A DNA stretch of 64,000 nucleotides from Trichinella spiralis (taxonomy: Eukaryota). The stretch is from assembly GCF_000181795.1 (NCBI RefSeq), contig NW_003526945.1, forward strand, positions 5,740,943 to 5,804,942, given 5' to 3'. Made by a program: the position numbers and the translations under genes. The notes below the pieces were generated by a model, which worked only from the letters and a program-made list of their open reading frames with translations, did no database searches and was not told the origin of the DNA. Of this stretch, positions 12,992 to 27,082 are shown piece after piece (within the stretch, counting starts at the first letter, position 1; every line of letters starts with the position of its first letter).

Positions 12992-15900
12992 CTTAAAATG
13001 TTGCTTAATGAGAATATGCGCATTGAAACACAAACTAGCCTGAGATATTTTTGTTCAAAATGTCAAATCATGTCTGGTCAAAATGCAAATGAGTATGTTT
13101 CATAGCAAAGATGATGTCTGATAGATGCGAAGGAGCAAATAGACAAGCAGAACTAGTATTTATAAATTTTCAAATGAAACAAATAAGTGTGGAAAACTGA
13201 AATATATTAGTTTAATAGTTAAAATTATTTTGAAAAATAGCAAAAAATAATAAATGAAAAAATTTTGAGATGAAAACGATGATTTAGAAAGTTTGTGAGG
13301 AGAGATCTGAGTGAGCGAATGGCGTGTAGTGGGGGAGGAAAAAGAAATTGAACATAATGTTGCTTTTAAGTTGCGCTGTTGTTTATGCATAAAAAGTTTT
13401 TTGTTGAATGTGTTTCAGTGCTTTGAACTGTTTCTTTTTGTAAACTACATGATTCAATTTTAAAATTAATGATTTTAACTTTAATTTTTGCATTTTTAGT
13501 TCTGATTGTTCAGGAGCATCAGAATGGAAAATTATTTGGAAAGAAATGTAAGAAGAATTTAATTTTTACGTTTCTTTGTTAATTAAAAAAAGAAAAATTA
13601 ATTTTAGCAGTCATTGCTAAAAATAGATAGTGAAATGGCAGAACGTGAAAATAGAAATTCATCACTGCCCTTGGAGGTAGACGCGGAATGGTTTGATCCA
13701 GGTAAATTGTTATTGTCGCTAAAATTTTGTTTCTCACTTGAAAATATTTTTTGAACAGAGGCAAATACCATTCTTCCGAATGATTTACTGATCATGATGG
13801 AAGAATACAAAAATGATATGTTGATAATAGACATACGTCCTAGAGAGTGGTTCGACAACGAGCAAATGAAAACTGACGTTCTCACGTTGAACATCGAGCA
13901 ATATACATTGCTTACATGGTGAGTTGATTTATTATTCTTATTTTTTCTTTCATAATAAGTAAATACTATCAACATTTTTATAAGTTTATTTTTAAATTCA
14001 TGAAAGGTATTCTCATTTGTTTCCATGTTGTCCACGTCTGTTTTTTCTTTTTCATCTCAATTTGATTGGCTATAGCGCTTGACGTGTTATTCAACTTTTG
14101 ATTGGTCAAAAATATTTATTTTTCTAACATTGGTTAGATTTTTCTTCAACGATTCACCCAAACCATTCAATTATTAATTAGCTTCAGAACTTGATTTCTC
14201 TTTACAAATTTTATTAATATAATTATTTTATAAAATGTATTGTTAAAAAAGAAAGAAATTTGACTATCATTGAGTTTTTTGTGGTAAAAATGTTTTTTCT
14301 TTTGATGAACTTTCATTCATATTTCTTTTAACTGTCATCAACTTGGAAGCTTTCTTTATCAGAGCAAATTTTTAATTCAACTCTTCAATATAATACACGT
14401 ATATGTAACTGTGTGTGTGCTTGTTTAACATTATAATTCAGAGGAAAATGTGGATACTTGTCATCGTTCAAAGAAATCCATGTTTCACGTGGACCATGTA
14501 GAAAATGACAATAATTATCCATTTGTGCTGAATTAAAAGCAAAAACAAAGAATGTGAAAATCGTTGAATAGTTTACGGATTTCAATTTTTTCAGCCATAA
14601 TCCCAGTGATTTTACGATGCTGTTGTGCTTTCCAACAAGATCGAAATTTCATAGTTTAGCATCAGTTCGGTTTATTATTCTGCTCGATTTTGCGTTCGAC
14701 CTGAGAGATGCGCAGCAAATAGAAACTTGGGGCTCAACTCTGCAACATTTGAAGCAAATTTTGCCATCCAACTGCCAGTCGGCGTTGTTGAAGGTTCTCA
14801 TCGGTGGTTGGCTCAATTTTAGAAAACTTTTTCCTGACCAGGTCAGACTGACAGTAATGACAAGAATGTATAATAATAAATAAATGTATTTTCAGGTAAT
14901 GCATGTTCGTCAGGATGCCGCTACTGCTTATGATGAGTTTTGGGAAGATGAAGATGAATATGATTTTTCTGAAGATGAGGATGATGATACTGAAAATGAT
15001 GAAAATGTTTATGTTGAAGAAGATGATGATGATGATGATTCTGATGACCAGAGCAGAAATGACAACAGAAGAAACAACAACGTGGCTAACAATAGATACA
15101 ATAATTATGGTGATGATGACGACGACTCTGACAGCGATGCTCCGCATAATACGCCTCTGATTTTGAGGAGAGGTAATAATATGCAGTTTCATCTTACAAC
15201 AATTACTTTTTTGAAAGTACATTATAATTTATGTAAAGTTAAGTTTATTGTTCATGACCGTTAAATAATTCGAGTGTCGAACGATTTTTTCCCATTATTG
15301 ATTAACAGTTTCAAGTATAAAAAAAGAAGTAATATTATCATTGTGAAATTGAAGTGTTAATATTGAAATTATGAGAGATCAACAAAAATTTTGTTTCTTT
15401 GTTTTTCATTTTTGCTCAGTTGGAATTGCAATACATATGTGTTTATGATGATCAGAGCATGGACATTCCTTGATCTTTAATGCGCATGCTATTTATTCAC
15501 TGCAGCAAATTTGCATTTAGGACGAACTGAGCACTCTTTATCACGTGGAAGACCCAGAGGCGCTTCGTTGCGTGGACGATCCAGAGACTCTCCATCACCT
15601 GTGCCAAGGATAATGACTTTGTCATGTACACACCGTCGCTGCCGAAACAGCTTTTATAGAACGTACAGTTTCCAATTCTTTGACAATATATTTATACCTG
15701 TATTTTGCAGTTGCTTAGACTTCCACAATTGTCGCTGTTTCAAAAAAATTTATTTGAAGAATTCTTTACTAATATCCATTTGGTTTTCAGCATGACTTTC
15801 TTTTTTAATTTTCATATTATTTTTTATATAGATGCGTAGTGCTGCCACCAAAAACAGTGGTTCCTCTCGAGGGACGACGATCCATTGTATGTAATTGGCA

Positions 15901-17801
15901 AAATATTTCCAAATATAATGTAATCTAATTTGATTTTTATTTCAGTTTCCCGGCTTGGTTAATTATAAAGCAAGCTGTTCTATGAATTCTGTCATTTCCT
16001 GCCTGTATGCTTCAGTTGAATTTCGTAATTACATTGTGCATCACTGGTCCAGGTGATAAAAAAATAAGTTTTTCATTTCACCTCATTGATAATTTTCGAA
16101 TTTCAGAATTTCAGTGTCTGTTGATTTTAAATTCTTGCGTGAATTTTGTAAATTGATTTACGAGATGCGTGACCGATCAATTATCAACATCATACCGGCC
16201 GATTTGTTGGTCACAGATTTTGCTTATAATCTGCTTGATTTCTTTTTTTTTATTTTTGGTTACTTTTTAAATTTTAGACCACCACTCGTATGTTCTTAAC
16301 TTGGCCACGTAAAAAAAGGGCGGAGGAAGTGTATCAGATTTTGCTTCGCCGTTTACATGAGGATTTTGAACGGGTACCTTTTATCTATATATCTGTATAT
16401 TTATTTATAGAGAAGCGTTGCATTTTTTATTTATTTAAAATCTTTAGGAAGGTCTGGTGTTGAATAGTTCTTCAAGTGCACGCGGAGAAATGACAACTAT
16501 TATAGAGCAACTGTTTGCCGTAAGTTTAACTGAAGAAGTAAATTAAGCAAATTAGAATAATATTCAATTTTTAGTATTCAGTTTTTGAGCGAACTACCTT
16601 CACGTGTTGTGGAATGGTAGAGGTGGGCAGTCCCACGTTTAATATATTACTGAATATTTTGTTTTCTCAATTTGGGTCTGTGCAGACTCTTGAGGTTGGT
16701 ATTGCGTATGTTCATTCTGCAGTAAGAATATTATGTTTTAAGAAATGTTAATGCCATATTTTTGCATTTATTGAGTACATGATTGTTTTTTTCATTTATT
16801 TTTAATGAATGAAAAGATGGACGTGAATTATTGATGTTGGGGCATTGATTTTTATTCTTTTTCATGTGATATAATTTAAATTATTGATTGTTATGATGTG
16901 TAATAGGAAAATAAATGTTCAATCACAAGAGTCGAATGTTGTGTAGCAGAAAGTAAGAGAGAAACAGAATAGCAAATAATATTCATTATTTCATATAAAA
17001 TAAAAATAATGTTTATTTTTTAAAAGTTTTTTTTATTTCTAATTTTTCTAGTTATTCATTCCAATGAATTCAAATTTCAAGGACAAATGTATGTTTTTGT
17101 TTAGGATTCTTTGGAACTGTTCCGGAACAGTCCATTCCTCCACCATTGTCATGGAGTAGCGTGTCCACGATGCAAAACGTCTGTATTTTCTGTAGTGGAA
17201 ACACGCTTTTCATCGTTGCCCACTTACCTAGTCATTAACGTGTATTCGTAGAAAAATTCTTTAGTTTTTACTTTAGTCTGAAAATAATATGGGTTGATTA
17301 ATTTACTTAGGGATTCGCACCAACGCAACGTGTCGTTACGTATCTGTCTTGAAGATCCCTTGCATATTCCACTTGATGAGAATGGAGTGGAGCGTACCGT
17401 TTCTTACAAGTTATATGCCATGGTGGTATGATGCTGTTGCCTTTGCTTTACTTTATATACTATATATATGTAATTTACTTTATAAGGCAGGCAAGTTTAT
17501 TTTTAATTTTTAGGAATGTATCAGGGAAAATTCAATTACACATTATGTTAGCGTCTGCCGAGATTCCCAAACAGGGGACTGGTTTTACTTGGACGGTCAT
17601 GAAATCAAAGAAGTTGCTTGTGATTACATCCCGGTAAGAATTGATAAGTGAGATATGTATATTAATATGCTTATTTATTTATCCAGGTTGCTTTGTAGTG
17701 TATAATTTTTTATTTGAATATCCAGTTCGATTTATAATATTTATTTATTTTAGAAAAAACCGTGCATATTGTTCTATGAAAAATGCCACCCATATGCCTG
17801 A
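12992..17801 (+). CDS. Divergent USP8-like deubiquitinase (rhodanese-like domain, acidic linker, USP domain); 5' end uncertain
   Basis: Rhodanese-like MLIIDIRPREWFD (13759-13918) and VLIGGWLNFRKLFPDQ (~14800); Cys box FPGLVNYKASCSMNSVISCL (15946+); ILLRRLHEDF; CPRC; His box YKLYAMV|ECIRENSITHYVSVCRDSQTGDWFYLDG; terminal PCILFYE, TGA 17799-17801. Confidence 0.8.
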
Positions 17802-17965
17802 CCTCGACCAACTATAGTCTTTTATTATACAGTCGGTTTCTTCTGGCAAAAAGTTAGCGATCTTTGATTTTGATCTTATATGCCTTTTGCAGCCTACTAT
17901 CTCTGTCTTAAACTGCAATTTTATTCCTCCTTGCTACTGAATTGAATGCAAGGTGACAATATGCT

Positions 17966-17967
<2 letters not shown>

Positions 17968-18007
<40 letters not shown>
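17968..18007. repeat. (GT)n microsatellite
   Basis: Direct reading. Confidence 0.95.
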
Positions 18008-19917
18008 TGTTTATGTTTCCGTTTGTATCTGTTTTTGTGTGTGTCGTGTCTGTGTTTTGCTATTGTCTTTCTTTTCATTTTTTTAATTTGTTCACGCTTA
18101 AGATAAATTGGTTTGTTATTCCATATTGTCGGTGATGTGTCCTCATCCATTTATGCGATCGATAAATCCATTGTTCAAGTTTCCATTAACATATTTTTTA
18201 CACGCTTTTATGCTTTGCCAGTTCGATGCTGTCTTACACTGAACTGAATATAAGCCCACCTATCGATACTTGCGTTCCACAATCACGCAATCGAAGAAAC
18301 ATTTGTATGTTCACATGCTGAGAAGGTGGTCAGTATGCAAAGATGCAAATGCCATTTATTCCAAATTCAGCCGCACAATTCTAGAAGTTGAAATTCTACT
18401 TTGCACATTGCAGAAAATAATGAATTGTATGATGAGTATTTTATAAAATAATGGATTACAGTTGAAAAATGTTTTGCAAGAAATCCAAATAAATTCTTTT
18501 CCCTAAAATTTTCAAATTTTTCCAACTGAACGCATTTTTGAAAAACATGTGTTGTATTAAGTACAAAAATAAATATACAAATAAATAAATAAATAAATAT
18601 ATCTATATATATATGTTGGAAAGCATCAATTGCACCTGAGATTATTTTACTTACTTTTAACAGACTGTTGGTTGCTCAACAAATTGGCTGTTGAAATGAA
18701 GATAGCACTGCGTTTCTTAAAGGATTCGTAATTCACGGTTGAGCACTAGCGCAGCTAGACTAGATTGAATAACACGTGTTGCACATTGTTTTAAAACTTA
18801 TGCAAATCAGCCTTTCACACTGCAGTGATTAGATTTACACTCGTTTTTTGAAAAAGTAGGTCGATTGCGTTAAGATGTAGTGCAGTCAGGCTAAATAGAA
18901 TAAAGAACGCTGCGCGAGCTTTGAATCCTTATTATGCTAATCGACTTAACCGCAAGATTGTTTTATTAATACGATTTGGCCTGTTGACTTGTTTAACATG
19001 GCTAACAGTGAGGCCGTCTTCTGTTCTCTTCCGTTACTGTTGCATTCAGTAACTAGTGCATGCCCTTTTCAAATAATGAGAAATATACAATTTTCCATCT
19101 TTTTTGTATCATGTTATTTCAAAACGTTGTATACGTATTTTCAGAACGGTGTATTTAGCAGCGCTCAATTAGCATATTCTAAACAGTGAATTTTTCATTT
19201 CACCTTGCATTTTTACGGTGCTTCAAAGGGAACATCTTTTACTTAGCATTTCTGCAGATATGAAAAATGAAGACAATAGAAATTAATGATGCAGAGGAGA
19301 TATTTCAAACCTGAAGAAAAACTGAATACCAAATGTATATGCAGTTGCCTTTGGTTCCCCATGTTATAAATACAGAACAAACGATGCATCAAATACGCGA
19401 GCTATCTTGTACTTGAACCGAACCATATTTACGATAAACCTACTTTGTTGCAATTTGAATCAACGCAATATTTGCGCAAATATTCTTTTATTCTTGCAAA
19501 TACTTATTTTGTTATAATTTGTTCAACTTTTGCTTTTAAATTATTTTATCAAAAATTTCAAATTTTTGAATAATTTTTTGAAAATTTATGAAAATCAGAA
19601 AAAGGAAAAATAACTTCTGTAATGTGCATGGCGTTGAATGAAGTATCGTTTGCTAACTTCCATGTGCTATGTATTTCCTCAGTTAAAATGCACTCTGCAA
19701 GCGATTGAAATGGCCGTTCTGCTTAACAGTCAGTAGAGGGCAAATTAAATACGCCCTACACGCATTGTTTATCTATTATTAAAATATGGTCTTTCGAGAA
19801 TCACCTATTCAGTAGCTAGCATAAACTTTCAATTTACCACAAGTAAGCTTTTGCCCGCAAATTGTTCACTTAAAAATTAGGTTTATTTTAGCTACTTGGT
19901 TTTCTGACATGAAAATT

Positions 19918-20545
19918 TTTCAGAAATACGTAGGTGTGTTTTGTCTAAGTCAACTTTGTTTTGTTATGGCGTTTTTTGTCAGATAATTTATATTTTGACT
20001 GAAGTTTAAATGTCAAGGTCATTTTTGAATTTTCAAATACTCCTTTCCTTATTGGTAGAATTTAGCAGTGCATTTCTCCAGCTCATATTACGGCTTAGGT
20101 TAGACTTTATCTTCAGCTGAAAGTTCTAACGCACTAAAAACCGGTTTCTAACGCTGCATTATGCAAATAACTATCGCTATAACGCGCCTTATCATCAGTA
20201 AGGGTGCGTTTGTTTGTTTAATTTACGTGCCAATTAGTAGCATCGTTGAACGTTCTCTGAGTTCATTACGGGCGTTGAGTAGCTGCTGAAGTCGGTTTCA
20301 GAATTACTGACAAGTATTCCACTTTTCTGCTTTTTATTTTTTTAAAACTTTGTATATGTAAACATGTAAACAATTATTTTTTAATTATATAGCAGTTAAT
20401 TATTAATTTTTGTTGCAATTCTACTTTGTTATAAAGAGGGGTCAGTTTTGATTTAATAGTATTATTACAGGTTTAATGAATGGAGCAAAGAAAATGTGAA
20501 AACGCGGACGGCACGAAGCAGAACAGGAGAAGACAAGAGGTAAAT
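19918..20545 (+). repeat. Diverged paralogue of the 5' region and first coding exon of gene A (window ~50-755)
   Basis: Colinear similarity (ttttgactgaa..ttaaatgtcaaggtcattt, tatgcaaataa). Exon 20480-20539 MEQRKCENADGTKQNRRRQE|gtaaat matches MKKRISEDADDTKQI. Confidence 0.85.
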
Positions 20546-20939
20546 GCGATTTATTGTAGATTTGTGAAGCTGGACTAATGATACTTTGAAAGGGTGAAGT
20601 TATTGTTTTGTTTGATGAAATTACCCAAGTTTGTAGTACGTAATATATAAGTAAGATATTTTTCACTGTAAAACTGCACTTTTTGTTTTTCATATTAAGT
20701 TCAGATCACGTAAGACTTCATCTTTAGAGCAGCATCAGAGACATTTGGTAAATCACATTTTTTTGTTTCATTAACTTTGTTTGTCAGCATACGCAGCCAA
20801 CGTGCTTATAATTTAGTGAAAAGATTTGGCGATGAGTTCCATTTATGTAGGTCATTTTTGAATTTTCAAATGTGAACTTTCATGACATGCCAGATGCGTG
20901 TTACTGGACAAAGGTCAATTTTATTCGTGNNNNNNNNNN

Positions 20940-22970
20940 TTTTAGTATTAGTAAGATTTATTATTAGTATTCTTCAGATCCATAGAACAAATAGGTAGTT
21001 GATGCTATTCGGTGACTGCACGATGTCAGATGCATGCTCCTTCCATTCGGATCAGTTCCATTTTTTTAAAAAGGACATTATCCTTTGGGGAATTCCGCAT
21101 CAAACTGGAAATCAACGCACGGACGTTAGCTTAACACAGCAACGCATTGGTGAACAATCACCAAGTATATTTTACATGAATTAGAAAAATATTAAATTGT
21201 GCAATTATTCATAGTATTTTCAAAGCCATTAAGAATAATATCCATTTTATACAATTTCGTGAATTAACAATTTCAGATGCCTGCTCCTTCTAATCCGAAC
21301 AGTTCCATGTTTCCTCAGAATGACAATTATCTACTGTTGACGCTGCGGAAAGTAGGAATTCCACGTACTGGCGTTAGTTTAACAGATCAAGCACTGGTGA
21401 ACAATCAACAAGTATATTTTACACGAATTAGAAAAATATTAAATTCTATTCGCACACTTGTATTCATTTTAAATGTTCAGATAATTTTAGAAAACATGCC
21501 GAGTTGTTTTTTTTTAGTATTAGTATAAATTATTATTAGTATTTTCAAAGCCATTAGAAAAATATGTATTTTATACAATTTCGTGAATTAACAATTTCAG
21601 ATGCCTGGTCCTTCCAATTCGAACAGTTCCATTTCTTCTAAAAATGACAATTATCCACTGGTGAATCTGCTTCAAATTGGAAATCAACGCACTGACGTTA
21701 GCTTAGCACAGCAAGCACTGGTGAACAATCAACAAGTATATTTTACATGAATTGTAAAAATATTAAACTGCATTTGCACACTTGTATTCATTTTAAATAT
21801 TCAGATAATTTTAGAAAACATGCCGAGTTGTTTTTTAGTATTAGTATAAATTATTATTAGTATTTTATACCATTTCGGGAATTAACAATTTCCGAAGCCT
21901 GGTTCCTTCCCATTCGAACAGGTTCCTTTTTTTCAAAAATGGAAATTATCCCCTGGGGGGATCCCGCCGGCAAACTGGGAAATCCACGGCACTGGCGGTT
22001 AGCTTAAGCACAGGCAGGGACTGGGGGGACCAGCCACAAGGATATTTTTCCATGGATTGGAAAAAAAATAAAATGGGTTTGGCGCATTTGGATTCCTTTT
22101 TAATAATTCAGATAAATTTTGAAAAAAACCTTGGAGGTGGGTTTTTTAGTATTAAGTTTAAACTAATAATTGGGGAGTTTTNNNNNNNNNNACAAGTATA
22201 TTTTACATGAATTGAAAAGAAGGCAACAATTTGCACACTTGTATTCATTTTAAATATTCAGATAATTTTAGAAAACATGCCGAGTTGTTTTTTAGTATTA
22301 GTATAAATTATTATTAGTATTTTCAAAACCATTAGAAAAATATGTATTTTATACAATTCCGTGAATGCACAATTTCAGATGCCTGCTCCTTCCAATCCGA
22401 ACAGTTCCATTTCTTCTAAAAATGACAATTATCCACTGGTGAATCCGCATCAAACTGGAAATCAACGCACTGACGTTAGCTTAACACAGCAAGCACTGGT
22501 GAACAATCAACAAGTATATTTTACACGAATTAGAAAAATATTAAATTGTGCATTATTCCTAGTATTTTCAAAGCCATTATAATAATATCCATTTTATACA
22601 TTTCGTGAATTACAATTTCGATGCCTGTCCTTCTAACCGAACAGTTCATGGTTCCTCAAATACAATTATTTCTGTTTACGCTCGGATAGTAGAAATCCTC
22701 TCCTGCGTAATTAACAAATAAGCACTGTTAAACACTACAGTTTTTTTTCCCCAATTTAGAAAAAAATTAATTTCATTCCAACCTTGGTATTCATTTAAAG
22801 GGGCCAAAAAATTTAAAAAAAACAGGCCAAGGTGGTTTTTTTTTAGTATTGAAAAAAATATTAAAAAGATTTCCAAACCCCTTAAAAAAAAATGGTTTTT
22901 TACCCATTTCGGGAATAAAAAAATCAAAGGGCGGGGCCTTCCTATTAAAAAAATTCCACTCTCCCCCACA
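20940..22970 (+). repeat. Tandem array of at least 6 copies of the 135-bp MPAPSN exon plus intron
   Basis: Clean exons 21277-21411, 21601-21735 and 22379-22513, each tttcag|ATG...CAACAA|gtatat; degraded copies at ~21030, ~21895 and ~22621. Confidence 0.92.
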
Positions 22971-25900
22971 ACANNNNNNNNNNTTTCTAACACTTCCTTC
23001 TCCTAAAAAGTAATTACGAATTAGAAATTTAGAAACAAATCGAATGAATTTTAATATTATTACCATGCACTTTTATTCGGATTCAATTACTTCCCGTAAC
23101 ATGGCTATTGCGCATTTGTTTACCTGATAATATTCATGCAAATGACATAACAGATAACCGCAAAAGTTAGCAAAGTGAACACTTACGACGCTTGCGGTTT
23201 GATTTGCAGGAAATAATGTTTATTTAACAGCAATAATTTCAGAAATTCAATTTAATTCAATTCAACTGATCGTAGAAAAAGATACATTAGTGAAAATTTA
23301 ACAGATGCGATGTCAAAATGTTTCATGTGCAGGAATTGGCAATATCTGCTTCCTATAAAGATAGTTACTGATGGCCGACTTCCCTATGTATTAAGATATG
23401 CAGAACCTCAGTTTCAGAGCCCATTTAGTCCACAACTATTAGGTAGTTTCCGGTGAAACTCTCCAAAACACTATCATTTATGAATGTGAAAATCAGGCAA
23501 TCCAAAAAGCCCAAATTCTAGGAAAAGGTTTTCGCTGATTTTCGCAAAACAACCAAGTCTATAGCCCATGAAATTTTTAAATTTTCGAGAAAAAGGTTTT
23601 TCTTCAGTATTTAAAGAATTGATTTATATCGATCAGAAATTATTAGCGAACTACTATGAACTTATCCGCACTGACTTTGATTGCGTATTTTTTGAGATGT
23701 ACCAAAATAGTAAAACTGAAAATTGGACGTAAACGACGTTGAAATAGAAAGGAATGAAAAATAAAAGTGCAATATGTGTGCATATAAAATCGTTTGATTA
23801 ATTTTCACGACGGACGTATCAATGTTTACAGCAACAAAAGATGTTTATTTTAATAGGTCTGTCCCGTCTGTAAATCGAATCTAATCCCTTCTGTAAATGT
23901 CAAATGCCTAAACAATTAGGTGTTATTCAAAATTTACATATTGAGTTGGAACAGTATTGCTTGAATTTATCAGCAAACTATTTTCAATGCGGCGCGCGTT
24001 TTTAGAAGCATCCTGTCTGTTCCTGTTAAGAACTATCCTGTCTATTAGTGATGTTTTATTTTTTATATCTTCGCTATGTCATACTAATGGCGGTTTTCAA
24101 CGTGTTTACCTACTGGAATATATTAAGTCACGAATCGCGTTCATTTTTAGCTAGAAATAGAAAAACAATAACTAGAACAACTTTCAAAATAACATCACAT
24201 AAAAAATAAAGTAATACAAAAATTAATTTTTTGTGCACTGTAAGCATTTTGATAATAGAAACAAAATGAAAACAGTTTACTTTTAAAAGAATATAGTAAT
24301 GCATATCTTGAAATTAAACTCAGCTTGAAATGAAGGCAAACAATATTGATGAATTATTGCGATTCATGAAAACAATTACATACATACAATTAGCAATTAA
24401 TACTAAGATTTTTCTGCTTGGACATTGTATGAACTTATGAATTGCATGATCATGGTAGTCGGTGACTTAATTCAACAAACAGAACACATTATATCCATAC
24501 TGCATGCAACTGCTAGAAAATTAAACATAAATACGCTTGTTAGATGAATTCAGATTGATCCCTTATAACATGTCATGCCCTAATGCATACATGATGATAA
24601 ATCAATCCAATATTTTAAACAGAATGCAAATGAACAGAATGGACAGAATACAACAAAATTTGTTTTACCATTTCGCTTGTTCTGGATTTCTCAATCACGT
24701 CATAATGCTGTTTGTATTCATCTACAATGAGCTGCATATGGAAAATGCAGTACTCTCATCCCTCCGCCAATGAAATAATTGAGGATAGCGTTTAAAGAGT
24801 TCTGCTATCCCTGACGTCGAATTACGCAACGCTTGACAATTCTGAAATCGTTCAGTAGGATAAAATATTAACAGAAAGAAAATTTGCTTGTCCTAAAAAG
24901 CACACAGTTAAAAGGCAATAGTTAATAAAAATCAACAAAACTTCAACATCACCTAAACAGAAATGCCAATATCATATCTAAAAACAGTCCAACATATTCA
25001 ACTATCCATCTGATCATGCACTTCGATACAATAATTTAGTATTTACAAAATGATAGATAATAAAGCGTAATATCATACTGCCTGTAGTGATATTGATGAT
25101 ATGTAAATTTTAATCAAAGAAATGCTATTGCAGTGTTCAAATTAAATTAAAAATATAATGCAATAATTCAATTTTTACACTGAATTCTGATGATGAGATG
25201 TCAAATTATATTTTGACAAATTAAAATTAATCTTTGAATTCAAGAACGTTTGGATAAACATGTGCGTTGGTCAGATTAAATTTTATGCCGAAGAAAGAGA
25301 GAATTGTCAATAGCAGCTGAATTTCGAAAATAAATTATCAAAGCAGCGGCAGCAAGGAGATGATTAAGCTGTGTCACACAATTTTTTCTGTTTTTCAGCT
25401 ATTTCAGCGATTGGGTTTACATTACTAATTTCAAATCTATTTCAAAACAAAACAAAAAATATAGTAAATTTTATTTTTAATAATTTTAACATTAAATCTT
25501 CCAATAGCATTTCTATTGAAATTAATTATATAAGTGAATTTGAAGAATAAAGCATAAATTTAATTAATTAAGCATAAAGCATTTGAAGCATAAATTCATT
25601 GAAAATAATTTGGATGAGTAGAAGAATATGAAATCGAATCAGTTTTTTGATGACGGACCAAGAATTTTTTCAAGAACATCCCTCTTCAACGTCGCCGTGC
25701 TACCAGGAGGGGCTGGTTGTTCCGAGAGATCTTTCATCATAGTCTTTTCCTTCTTTCCATCATTAACATGTAAATCATACCTGTGGTTTCTAAAACAGCG
25801 CAAACCTTGGCAAAGCGCAACAAACTAAACATTTCGCACCAAATTAAAACGAAACTGGATTACAACTGACGAACAGTGCAATCGAAAGCTGTTGTAACTT

Positions 25901-26077
25901 TAAAACGCTTACGCTTTAAACAATTTTCCATTTAAAATAACCCGTCAGCATTGTTGCTTTTAAAGTAACACTCATAATGTTAAATTATTTAAAGTAGATG
26001 TTATTGTTCAATTCCAATTTTACAATTGTAAAATAGAAATGAACTCTAAATTGTGTACAACAAATAATTTTTAAATA

Positions 26078-26460
26078 TTATTCAAATATTTTTCTGATCC
26101 ATATTTCTTCAGATGGCAGAATAATGTTTCTAACACGCTCTGCAGCTTCCGTCTCTTCGTCACGCTCAGATTCACTTCCAGTAACCGTCAGTTCAACTAG
26201 CTTTTTAATCACATCGTTAGCATTGCTCTTAGCAATGGCTTCCTCAGCTTCCTCATCCTGTTTTGTCTCTTCAATACTTTCATTCGAATCAACCTGCTTC
26301 TTCTCAGCTTTCAGTTGGTGATCATCCAAATTCGGCTTTTTCAAAGCATTCTAGTACAACTGAATAAAGAAAAAAAAGATAAATTTGCAAAATTATTTTC
26401 AAATTACTTGTCATCATTAGTAGATTTTACCGTTTCTTGGTGGATTCCGGTGGGGTTCAT
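26078..26460 (-). CDS. Hypothetical small acidic protein (2 putative exons)
   Basis: E/K-rich ORF 26078-26344 preceded by an AG acceptor; a possible upstream exon MNPTGIHQET|gtaaaa is in phase. No family recognised. Confidence 0.35.
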
Positions 26461-27082
26461 TTCCTATTCGTTGGCAACAGCTTAAAGAGATTGAGTTTTC
26501 CACCTTTCGCCTAGGCCCTAGGGCAAACACAACCGTTGAACTATAGCTGCTATGTTCAACGCTGGCCTTTACATGTATGTGCTGCATTTTAGAGTAAACA
26601 TTAATCTAAAACTATAAACTGAAATTACACTAAAGTGAAGCACCATTGCTGTTTATCAATAATGAAAAATAATTTTCAATTATCTTTTAGGAATAGTCGA
26701 AACTTTTGATAAATTTTGGGTTTTTAAAAAATTATTTTTTAACAATTTTGCACTCTTTTTGTTTTGCCAAGTGAATATGAAGTTCAGGTTCAGTGCAAAG
26801 CTAAAATAACACGTAATCAGTAATGGTATAATAACGGAATGGTAAAAATAATAAAATAAACGCTAACAGATTAGGCATTTGTTGTTTATTTTCTTTTTGG
26901 AAATTTAAAAATTAATTCTGACAATTATGTTTATTTATACAGCTGATTATAACTGCATTAAAACGGGCAAATTTTAACCGAAACTGATCTAGGAATTATG
27001 TCAGTTGTTCGTAACGAAAATATCGAAAATACTATTTTTTATTACTCATTACACACATAAACTATTCATACAATTATCTTTT

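Noticed and set aside
14734..15222. Hydrophobic minus-strand ORF and Met-rich ORF 14903-15160
   Set aside because: Shadow frames of the GAT/GAA-rich acidic exon of the USP8-like gene.
20940..22970. CRISPR-like or non-coding satellite reading of the array
   Set aside because: Eukaryotic context, no unique spacers, and the units carry splice sites around open exons.
21860..22973. Highly divergent repeat copies and ORFs 22676-22993 and 22791-23066
   Set aside because: Homopolymer-inflated sequence next to N gaps (21860-22181, 22620-22973), typical of low-quality read ends.
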